Shown: piece after piece, positions 1 to 7,662 of the stretch
Layout of the letters: every line of letters starts with the position of its first letter
Numbering within the stretch: the first letter of the stretch is position 1
Assembly (NCBI GenBank): GCA_027001995.1
Contig: JALTLO010000119.1
Coordinates: forward strand, 1 to 14,512
Reading direction: 5' to 3'
DNA: 14,512 nt
Source: Planctomycetota bacterium
Lineage (GTDB): Bacteria; Planctomycetota; GCA-002687715; DRQF01
Position numbers and translations under genes: made by a program
Notes under the pieces: generated by a model
The model's input: only the letters and a program-made list of their open reading frames with translations
What the model was told of the DNA's origin: nothing
Database searches by the model: none

Positions 1-835
1 ACATGTCTTCGTCGCCGTACCCTGAGGCGATCAGGGTGTCTTCGGCTTCCGCCACCAGCTTGGTCAAACGCAAAGAAACGCCCAGCTCTTTCCCTGCTTC
101 CAAGGCAATGTTCAAATCTTTCCGGTGGAGGCTCAGGCGAAATCCCAATGGATATTCGTTGTTGATCATGTTGTCCGAGCGATGATCCATGACCCAGGAG
201 GCAGCTGCACCACCGCAGATGGCTTCGACGACTTTCTTGGGATCTATGTCAGAGCGGGACGCCAAGACTAATCCTTCGGCGATGGCCCGGTAGGTTCCTG
301 CAATAGCAATCTGATTGATTGCTTTTGTGACTTGGCCTGCTCCTCGTGGGCCCACATGGGTGACGTTCTTTCCGATCACTTGAAGAATGGGCATAGCCCG
401 AGCCATGTCTTCCTTGGTTCCACCGCACATGATGGCCAGGGTTCCATGTATGGCACCTTCTGAACCCCCAGAAACTGGAGCATCCACATAGCCTACTTCT
501 TTGGCGGCGAATTGTGTCCCCAAGTCGCGGGTGACGCGGGGAGAAATACTTGAGCAGTCGATAACCAAGCTGCCGGGCTGGATGGTGTGGATGACCCCTG
601 TTTGTTCTTGGGTCAGCACATCTTGAACATCAGCCGTGTCCGACACGCAGACCAAGACCACGTCGGCTTGGGCTGCGGCTTCTGCTGGGCTCAAGGCCAC
701 AGTCGCTCCATCATTCACAAGGGCCTCTGCCTTCGTCGTGGTGCGGTTGAACACACAAACTTGATGATTTGCTTTGAGGAGATTCTGGGCCATAGGGGTA
801 CCCATGGTACCCATACCGATGACAGCGATTCGCAT
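1..835 (-). CDS. NAD(P)-dependent beta-hydroxyacid dehydrogenase (3-hydroxyisobutyrate dehydrogenase / tartronate semialdehyde reductase family), truncated at the window start
   Basis: Not in the ORF track; translated manually. ATG at 835 with AGGA upstream. Reads MRIAVIGMGTMGTPMAQNLLKANHQVCVFNRT (Rossmann GxGxMG), DCSSISP, VDAPVSGGSEGA, GAGQVTKAINQ (catalytic Lys), GFRLSLHRKDL and GYGDEDM, open to the window edge. Substrate cannot be assigned. Confidence 0.93.
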   Translation of the reverse strand, partial: MRIAVIGMGTMGTPMAQNLLKANHQVCVFNRTTTKAEALVNDGATVALSPAEAAAQADVVLVCVSDTADVQDVLTQEQTGVIHTIQPGSLVIDCSSISPRVTRDLGTQFAAKEVGYVDAPVSGGSEGAIHGTLAIMCGGTKEDMARAMPILQVIGKNVTHVGPRGAGQVTKAINQIAIAGTYRAIAEGLVLASRSDIDPKKVVEAICGGAAASWVMDHRSDNMINNEYPLGFRLSLHRKDLNIALEAGKELGVSLRLTKLVAEAEDTLIASGYGDEDM

Positions 836-954
836 ATTGGAGTCCTGTTCCCTGGGGCCTCGCTAGGCCCATCTCTAATCTATGGTTAACTTTTCTATCT
901 TATCTGAACGAGGCGAATCGTATCACGCTCTTGATTGGCTGGCCAATGAGGTTT

Positions 955-994
955 GTGGGACTTCCCATGGCGGCGTGGGACTTCCCATGGCGGC
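955..994. repeat. Perfect 20-bp tandem duplication (GTGGGACTTCCCATGGCGGC x2), each unit with an internal palindrome TGGGA-CT-TCCCA
   Basis: Directly visible at 955-974 and 975-994, in the intergenic region between divergent genes. Confidence 0.95.
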
Positions 995-1248
995 GCATCT
1001 CTCGCGGTTAAAGTGAATTGGCGCAAATCCAGTGGTTCTGTACTGTTGGCTGGAAGCCAGCAACGCCAATACCAATACTTTGATAAATCTGCAGCACTCA
1101 AAAAGCAGGAATCACTTGCGCTAGGCAGTCGATGGGTGTTTTACTCTGTTTTTTTTGATTTTTGCCGATGGAATCTGACTTCGGCGGGCTCTTTGAAGAG
1201 CAAGCCCCATGATGTCGAGGGGTAATTCCACACACACGGAGAATACGA

Positions 1249-2829
1249 ATGACCCGCAGAATGATCCAGTTGGGGCTATACCATGCCATGATCCTTGTCC
1301 TCGGCGGCAGCCTGATGGCCCAATATAACTATGGTGTCGGTCATCCCGGATCGGGAGGCCTGACGCCACGCATCTCCTGCGGCCAAGCCTGGATGGGCAA
1401 CGCCAACTTTAGCATCAAGATCGATCAGGCTATCGGTGCAGGAACTGGATACCTCCTGGTCTCGCCAACTCCTTCCAACACGACGCTGTTCGGCGGACTT
1501 CCTTTTTACGTTGACGTCAACAATCTTTTTAGCGTCTCCTATCTGAGTCTGGGCGGCACACCCGGTGTAGCAGGAGATGGTTACATTGACTTTCCGGCTC
1601 CACTTGATTCTTTTGGAGTCAATCCTTCTCTCGCAGGTGTGCCGTTCTTTTGCCAATCTTTGGTCTTCGACAGTGCTGCTGTGGGAGGTGCCGCCATGAG
1701 CCCCGGTCTCATTCTCTATTTGACCATGCCCCCGGAGGTCTTCGTTGGCAGTGCCCTAAGTGGGTCCTCAGACCCAGCCTGGCTGGTTGATCCCCAGACC
1801 GCTGCGGTCAAATCTCAGAACAATTCTGTCGGCGACAACTGTGACGGCGCTGTCTTCACTACTGACGGACTCGATCTCTACATAAATTCCTCCATAACTC
1901 CAGCTATTCGTCACGCCGACTTGTCGGTCAACCCTCCGAGTTGGTCGACTCTCATGACCTTCGCGCCAGGAACGAATTCTTACGGTCTGGCGATTGACGA
2001 GTTGAATGGAATTCTCTGGTGCGTTGCCGATCTCGGAGGGGGCTCAGGTCTTGAATTTGTTGGCATTGATGTCAACGAGAACAGCCTGAGTTATGGCATT
2101 GTTCTCTATTCTGCTCCGACGACAGCGTTGGGTGGCAGCGTTGGCATCTGGCACCTGACGTCAGACTTGAAAATTGTCGCGCCAGAAATATTCAGTGGCG
2201 ACATCGAGATCTTCGACATGGATCCCACCAGTGGGACATTCCTCCAGAACATTTCTACCATCACCCCACCGGGAGCAGCAGGTGGTCCATTTGGCGGCGG
2301 CGCGGGAGCAACTGCTGTGACAACATCCCTGGATGGAGACCAACTCATCTTCAGTCTTCAGGGTCTCAATTTTGGTCTCGCACAAATCGCCCGTTATTCC
2401 CAATCTACCGGGGCCTGGTTCGACCATGATCTTTCAGCCCCTGGGATCCAAAACATGGGGCCGTCATCTTCCCCACCGGTTATTCTGGGCTCGGCGGCCT
2501 CATGTTTGTCCAGCCCGCGATTCGGAGATTCAGATTTTTTCGTGGTTTCAGGTTTTGGGGGGAATGGTTGGGCGGCACGGATCGATTTTGATGTGCAGAA
2601 TCCTAATTTTTGGTCTGTGACCCCAGCGTCTGGGACAAGTTTGAATGCCGGGTGGTTCTGCGCTGTCAACCCAGAGGGGACCATGGTGGCCATCACAACC
2701 CTCAGCGGATCATCACCGCGCCTCAGATTCTTCGATGCCAAGACGATGTCCCACCAATTCACTGTGCCCCTGCTTGGTGGTTCTGGTTATGTCAGCGGCG
2801 CCAATCTCAAGAACCCGATTTGGCGTTGA
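1249..2829 (+). CDS. Secreted protein with an N-terminal ~135-aa beta-rich domain followed by a probable beta-propeller (YncE/lactonase-like)
   Basis: 526-aa ORF with GGAG upstream and a signal-peptide-like start (MTRRMIQLGLYHAMILVLGGSLMA-Q). Repeated blade-like motifs: GAVFTTDGLDLYI, YGLAIDELNGILW, AVTTSLDGDQLIF, CAVNPEGTMVAIT. Followed by a strong terminator. Confidence 0.85.
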   Translation: MTRRMIQLGLYHAMILVLGGSLMAQYNYGVGHPGSGGLTPRISCGQAWMGNANFSIKIDQAIGAGTGYLLVSPTPSNTTLFGGLPFYVDVNNLFSVSYLSLGGTPGVAGDGYIDFPAPLDSFGVNPSLAGVPFFCQSLVFDSAAVGGAAMSPGLILYLTMPPEVFVGSALSGSSDPAWLVDPQTAAVKSQNNSVGDNCDGAVFTTDGLDLYINSSITPAIRHADLSVNPPSWSTLMTFAPGTNSYGLAIDELNGILWCVADLGGGSGLEFVGIDVNENSLSYGIVLYSAPTTALGGSVGIWHLTSDLKIVAPEIFSGDIEIFDMDPTSGTFLQNISTITPPGAAGGPFGGGAGATAVTTSLDGDQLIFSLQGLNFGLAQIARYSQSTGAWFDHDLSAPGIQNMGPSSSPPVILGSAASCLSSPRFGDSDFFVVSGFGGNGWAARIDFDVQNPNFWSVTPASGTSLNAGWFCAVNPEGTMVAITTLSGSSPRLRFFDAKTMSHQFTVPLLGGSGYVSGANLKNPIWR

Positions 2830-2844
2830 TTTCGATTGTGTTTT

Positions 2845-2870
2845 GAACTCATCGACGCATCGGATAGTCT
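2845..2870 (+). promoter_or_regulatory. Candidate ECF-type promoter for the sigma factor gene
   Basis: GAACTC (2845-2850), 16-nt spacer, GTCT (2867-2870), resembling the sigmaE-type GAACTT-N16-GTC consensus, ~33 nt before the ECF start codon. Confidence 0.4.
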
Positions 2871-2889
2871 CCGATGCGTCGTTTTTCTT
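2853..2889 (+). terminator. Intrinsic (Rho-independent) terminator
   Basis: Perfect 12-bp stem CGACGCATCGGA / TCCGATGCGTCG, 5-nt loop, followed by TTTTTCTT, 23 nt after the stop at 2829. Confidence 0.85.
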
Positions 2890-2902
2890 CGTGAGGCTAG
2901 GC

Positions 2903-5900
2903 ATGAACATGTCCCATGACAATGTTGATCTTATTCGAGATCACGCGCGCTTTGTGCGAAACTTAGCTCGCCGACTTGTCTTTGATGAAAATGCAGCTGA
3001 CGACATTGCCCAGCAGGCTTGGCTCACCGCTCTACAATCTCCTCCGTCTGACTTTTCGCGTATTCGTTCCTGGCTTCGCACGGTCACTGGCAATCTGGCG
3101 AGGCGGCAAAGTCGCGACACAACGCGACGTGTTGCTCGGGAACAACGCGTAGCCGCGTCGGAGGGAGCTCCAGCAACAATCGACCTCGTGGCCCGTGAGT
3201 CTATTCTTGAGAAAGTAACCGAAGCGGTTTCGGAGTTACCTTCCAATCAACGGGAAGTTATTTTGCTTCGCTACTTTGAAGACCTCCCTCCTCGCAACAT
3301 CGCCAAGCGCCTGGGTGTTCCCGTGACAACGGTGCAAAGCCGCCTCCAACGGGGCTTGACTTCCATGCGCCGTATCATGGATCGCAAGTACGGCGAAAAT
3401 CGCCAGGAATGGCAGCGCTCCCTGGGGCTTCTGCTGGGTCTTTCTCTGCCCGAGCCACGACCCTGGTTATCCTTCAAGTCATTGGCATCTGTGGCGGTGA
3501 TTGTATCCAGTGTACTCCTGTGGACTTTTCTCCGTGAGGCCGGGGACTCAGACCTTGAACTTCCTGTGGCCCAAAACAGCACCGCAGGAACTCGAGTCTC
3601 CAGAACAGCTGATCAGCCTCCCATCCCCGATCCGACTTTGGTCTCCCCAGGAACCACCACCGTTTCTTTCTGGCCACGGCCCGCTCGAGAACAACGCAAT
3701 TTCAAGGGACGTGTTTCGGGTCTTCCCGAATCAGGAGGCTCAACCGTCGTGCTGCGGGCATTTTGCGGCACGGACAGCACAAGATTGGCCGTCGATCCAA
3801 AGGGTTGGTTCACTGGCAGTACCTCCAGTTGGCCGAGACGCTTGCCTGGTCTGTGGGCATCGTCGGAGGATGGCAGCATGGCCGCTATTCGAGCTCTGCT
3901 CCCGGTACAGCCGACGATTCAGCAACCTCACCCATTCACCATGGCGCTCAGACCTGCGGCTGAGATTGATATCTTCACCAGGAATCTTGCTGGGGTTAGC
4001 GAGTCGGCAGAAGTGGCCCTCTATGCCCTGGGAATCCCCATTGTCGAAATGGAGATGACCATGCGGCAGAACGTGTTTTTGGGGATACACAAGACAAACA
4101 GGGATGGCCGCCTTAGCCTCGGTGGGCTGATTCCGGGTGACTATCTTATGCTGTGCCGCAGCAAGGGAACTGGGCTTGTGGGAGAACTTTCCTTCAGCCT
4201 TGACGGGGGAGCTTCTCTTCAACGATCAGTTATTCTCACTGAGGGCAGAGTGCTGAAGGTCAATATCACGCCTGTCCGTGGTGCAAAACATAGGCTGCCT
4301 TGCCGCTTGGCTATGAGTTTCTTCGTTTCTCGGGGCATCGATAACATGGAACTCCCGTGGCCATGGAAGAACCCTATCGTTGATGTCGCCCGCCCAGGTT
4401 CTTTGACCTTGAAGGGGCTCCCTAAGAATAGGTTTCTGAAGTTGCTTGCCCATCGCTCGCCCTTTGTACCCTACGTAGCCGAGATACCGGGTGGTGCTGA
4501 GACATGGGACCTGAATCCCGGTTGGTCCATGAGCAATTTGATTCGCTTCAGCTTGAAAGGCTCTGGACCACTTCCTCCTCTCGAACTGTTGAATACGGAT
4601 TCCCTCATTGGGGTACGCGCTCTTTTATTCGATAACCAGGTGGTCCTTGAGGGGCTCCAGGATCTGGACGAAAGTCTCCTGATTCTCTCCGCCGACGGTC
4701 GCGTTGCTCGTGTTGATGCCCAGGCGATTCGAGATCGCTCTCTTTCATTCAGTGAGCAGCATTTCCTCGAAGTGAGGGTCTTGGATGAACGTGGAAAGCC
4801 ACAGCCTGGCGTCTTGTTGACGGCCACAAGCGATCAGCCCCATAAGGCTATTCGCCATGTCAGGACTGATTCTTTGGGTTGTGGGAGGCTTGGCCCCTTT
4901 GCCACGGATGAGGTTTACCTTTTTGCTGGCCGTCCTGATTCTTGGTTGATGAATCATCTCTCTCTCGGAACGGCAAAGCTCGGCGAAGAAACGAAGGTCG
5001 TCACTCTCCGCTCGCCCCGTCAAGTTGAGCTACAATTCACTATTGACGGACGTCCCGGACTGCCTGCTGACTATCGGCTTGCAGTCCGGGGAGCCTTACG
5101 TTCAGATCTCCAGACCCAGGATGATGCCGGTTTGATTCGTTTTCACGTTTGGCCGGACTCGGGGTCGAAGCGATGCACAGTAGGAGTCGTGACGAGCCAG
5201 TACGGTGCCAATCAGGTGCTGCTCGACTTGACCCAGACTGGCCTCTTGAAAGGGGAGTTGTCACTCAAGCGGCTGAGCAGCGCTGTTCTCACGGTTCAGG
5301 AACCAGATGACGGGCTCTATGAACCAGCGATTGCTCAGTGGGTACCTAAGCGAGGCATCTGGCGTCGTGTGGGGCGGGGTGGAGCACTGCGCATAGGCGA
5401 ACATCAATATCGCTGGTCCGAACTGGCCCCGGGACGTCATCGGGTTTTTGATGCCCAAAGTGGCTGCATAGGTCCTGAGTTTGTGATCGTGCCTGGTGCG
5501 AACGACAGAAGCATGACCCTCGATCTCACCGAGTGCCGCAATCTGCCAGTCATTCTTGATCTGCCAGAACAAGTGAGTCGTGAAGACCTCAAGATTGAAC
5601 TTTTGAATAGGGAAACACCTTGGAATGTCTCCTTGAAGCAGGATGACAACGGCAACTACCATTTTCGTCTTCCGGGTAGAGAGTTCTATCGTATTCGCCC
5701 TTACCATCCCCTTTGCCAACTCGACTCCGGCGCCGATTTTCTGGAGATCCCCCAAGGAGCAGGATCTGTGAAACTAAGAATGGTATTGGCTCCTATGGTT
5801 CAGGTTGCAATTGAGGACGTGCCTCCTCGGGTCTTGAAACTCAAGAAAAGTCGCCTGTTCTTGCGCAGTGTGGCTACCCCGGAAGAGACCATTAGCCTCC

Positions 5901-6304
5901 CATTGCAGATCTTCGCCGATAAGCTCGTTGCCGGGAACATTCCTGAAGAAGAACAGGATATCTGGTTAGACACGGGAGAAGGGCCGGTTGCATTTTTGGG
6001 GCGCCGTCGACTTCTTCCCGGTGAAATTTTGAAACGGCCAGTGCCCACGGAGGGCAGCACACTCAGCATCGATCCTCCTGAACATGTGCTGCCCGGGCGC
6101 AAAGTGACCCTTATCTTGCGGGCTCTTGAGGCACCCTTCCAAAAACGAATCTATAAAGTTCCGGCTGACAAGAAGGTGACGTTGGACAATCTTAGTCCGG
6201 GGCGGTTCGAGTTGAAGATCAGTCCAGCCGGGTTTCAGTTCGGCATCATAAGAACACACAAGATCTTGCTGCGGCCAGGCCAGACAACAACTGTTGTTCA
6301 GTAG
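2903..6304 (+). CDS. ECF-family sigma-70 factor fused to a transmembrane helix and a ~900-aa extension of probable carboxypeptidase-regulatory-like beta-sandwich repeats
   Basis: Likely start ATG 2903 (GAGG 6 nt upstream; ATG 2909 is an alternative), 1133 aa. Region 2: HARFVRNLARRLVFDENAADDIAQQAWLTAL and IRSWLRTVTGNLAR. Region 4: ELPSNQREVILLRYFEDLPPRNIAKRLGVPVTTVQSRLQRG. Hydrophobic segment LASVAVIVSSVLLWTFL. Repeats such as TNRDGRLSLGGLIPGDY, VRVLDERGKPQPGV..TDSLG and LDNLSPGRFEL. Confidence 0.92.
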   Translation: MNMSHDNVDLIRDHARFVRNLARRLVFDENAADDIAQQAWLTALQSPPSDFSRIRSWLRTVTGNLARRQSRDTTRRVAREQRVAASEGAPATIDLVARESILEKVTEAVSELPSNQREVILLRYFEDLPPRNIAKRLGVPVTTVQSRLQRGLTSMRRIMDRKYGENRQEWQRSLGLLLGLSLPEPRPWLSFKSLASVAVIVSSVLLWTFLREAGDSDLELPVAQNSTAGTRVSRTADQPPIPDPTLVSPGTTTVSFWPRPAREQRNFKGRVSGLPESGGSTVVLRAFCGTDSTRLAVDPKGWFTGSTSSWPRRLPGLWASSEDGSMAAIRALLPVQPTIQQPHPFTMALRPAAEIDIFTRNLAGVSESAEVALYALGIPIVEMEMTMRQNVFLGIHKTNRDGRLSLGGLIPGDYLMLCRSKGTGLVGELSFSLDGGASLQRSVILTEGRVLKVNITPVRGAKHRLPCRLAMSFFVSRGIDNMELPWPWKNPIVDVARPGSLTLKGLPKNRFLKLLAHRSPFVPYVAEIPGGAETWDLNPGWSMSNLIRFSLKGSGPLPPLELLNTDSLIGVRALLFDNQVVLEGLQDLDESLLILSADGRVARVDAQAIRDRSLSFSEQHFLEVRVLDERGKPQPGVLLTATSDQPHKAIRHVRTDSLGCGRLGPFATDEVYLFAGRPDSWLMNHLSLGTAKLGEETKVVTLRSPRQVELQFTIDGRPGLPADYRLAVRGALRSDLQTQDDAGLIRFHVWPDSGSKRCTVGVVTSQYGANQVLLDLTQTGLLKGELSLKRLSSAVLTVQEPDDGLYEPAIAQWVPKRGIWRRVGRGGALRIGEHQYRWSELAPGRHRVFDAQSGCIGPEFVIVPGANDRSMTLDLTECRNLPVILDLPEQVSREDLKIELLNRETPWNVSLKQDDNGNYHFRLPGREFYRIRPYHPLCQLDSGADFLEIPQGAGSVKLRMVLAPMVQVAIEDVPPRVLKLKKSRLFLRSVATPEETISLPLQIFADKLVAGNIPEEEQDIWLDTGEGPVAFLGRRRLLPGEILKRPVPTEGSTLSIDPPEHVLPGRKVTLILRALEAPFQKRIYKVPADKKVTLDNLSPGRFELKISPAGFQFGIIRTHKILLRPGQTTTVVQ

Positions 6305-6473
6305 CACAGCTCGGTGCTGATATTCTCACCTTGTTCAACAGCAGGACGACAAAGCCTTCGCGAATTTCTTCCCGCCTACCATCATGGTCGCCAACATTGT
6401 TTCGATATTCTATAGTAGAAACCTATAGCCTGGTTTAGGGGCCAGGAACAGCAAGCCAAGAATACCTAAGAGA

Positions 6474-6691
6474 TCAGAAATTAGCCCATGGACCTCCATG
6501 ACCTCATGAACTAGCCGGGTTAGGGATGAGGAATATCATGTTTCATCGTGAGTTTGGACATTGCCCTCGTGAAAAGTCGTCGGATGCGATAGAACGAGGG
6601 TGACAACTCATGGTAGGTGGTATTGGGTAAAAATTTACTTTCGCACTTCTTCTTGCGCTGACTAAGATCACGGGGCCGTTTGAATTTCTGA
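6474..6691 (+). ncRNA. Candidate structured RNA or structured 5' leader of unknown family
   Basis: Manual pairing: terminal stem TCAGAAATT/AATTTCTGA and a long imperfect hairpin at 6532-6624 (stems of 8, 10, 10 and 5 bp) in which all non-Watson-Crick pairs are G-U on the + strand. Further hairpin at 6502-6531. No known family recognised. Confidence 0.45.
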
Positions 6692-6700
6692 GATTGTTGT

Positions 6701-7654
6701 ATGGACATGAGCCGCCTGAGCGGACATATCTGGACTGTGGTGTCCCGCCTGATTGGGAACGTGACCATTGGGCAAACCCAAGGGGCACCATGGAGTACGT
6801 CCTACTACGATGATGGCCATGAAATCGCCATCTCCGGCTACCTATTGGGTTCGAATCACGCGAAGAATCTTATTGTTCTTTTGCATGGCCTGGGGGGGGG
6901 GGCAGCTAGCCCCTATTGCCGAGAAACCATGTCCCGATTAGGTGGGGATGACCTGGCGATCCTTTCTGTTGACATGCGGGGCGCAGATCGCTCGGGGCAA
7001 GACTTTTATCACTGTGGCCTGACTTCAGACTTGCATGCCCTCATTCGGGATTCCTTTATCCAGAAATTTGACAATGTTTTCATCCTTGGATTCTCTGTGG
7101 GTGGACATGTGGCTCTCAAATTTGCCACCGAGCCAGGTGCCGAGTCTGTTCGTGCAGTGGCGGCTATTTGTTGCCCCATTGACTTGGGCGCTTGCTCTGA
7201 TTGGATGGATGGTGTTGGGAGAAACTTCTATCGGCGTCATGTCTTGAAAGGGCTTAAAGAGATCTATGCCCATGTCGCCGAAGTGGGGCATGAGGTGCCA
7301 ACTCCTGTGGAAAGAGTCTTGGCCATTAAGACGTTTCGGGAATGGGATGAACTGACCGTCGTACCTCGCTTCGGTTTTAACTCAGTTGAAGAGTACTACC
7401 GGACCCAGTCTGTGTCTCATAAGTTGAGGGATCTTCGAATCCCATCCCTGTTGATCGCCGCTGAGAACGATCCTATGGTCCCGGCTTTCACCATTCGCCC
7501 TCACTTAGAAAACGTGGCTTCTTGTTTGAAAGTTTGCTGGGTCGAGCGAGGGGGGCATTTGGGATTCCCGAAGAATCTTGATCTGGGCTTGGGTGACCCT
7601 GAAAACCTGGGATTAGCGAAACAGATATTATCCTGGTATCAAACTTGTGAATAA
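6701..7654 (+). CDS. Alpha/beta-fold hydrolase, YheT-like esterase
   Basis: 317 aa. LLHGLGGG oxyanion motif, DMRGA, GFSVGG nucleophile elbow, FREWDELTVVPRFGFNSVEEYY, AENDPMVP (Asp), GGHLGF (His). Start could be 6701 or 6707. Confidence 0.92.
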   Translation: MDMSRLSGHIWTVVSRLIGNVTIGQTQGAPWSTSYYDDGHEIAISGYLLGSNHAKNLIVLLHGLGGGAASPYCRETMSRLGGDDLAILSVDMRGADRSGQDFYHCGLTSDLHALIRDSFIQKFDNVFILGFSVGGHVALKFATEPGAESVRAVAAICCPIDLGACSDWMDGVGRNFYRRHVLKGLKEIYAHVAEVGHEVPTPVERVLAIKTFREWDELTVVPRFGFNSVEEYYRTQSVSHKLRDLRIPSLLIAAENDPMVPAFTIRPHLENVASCLKVCWVERGGHLGFPKNLDLGLGDPENLGLAKQILSWYQTCE

Positions 7655-7662
7655 GTTGAGTT

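Noticed and set aside
1..835. Dehydrogenase as a succinic semialdehyde reductase linked to the decarboxylase/AOR module
   Set aside because: The family includes such enzymes, but the gene is 8 kb away behind unrelated genes and its specificity cannot be read from the sequence.
955..994. Possible CRISPR repeat
   Set aside because: Only two adjacent copies, no spacer, and no cas genes.
895..1225. Short ORFs in the first intergenic region (895-1101 -, 953-1225 +)
   Set aside because: No recognisable motifs or clear RBS, and they run through the tandem repeat.
2645..2902. 86-aa N-terminal extension of the sigma factor in the ORF track
   Set aside because: It overlaps the upstream gene and crosses its terminator. 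Sigma homology and an RBS begin at 2903.
6474..6691. Retron msr/msd (terminal inverted repeats with TTAG after the first arm)
   Set aside because: No reverse transcriptase in the window, and the G-U pairs would be A-C mismatches in the cDNA hairpin.
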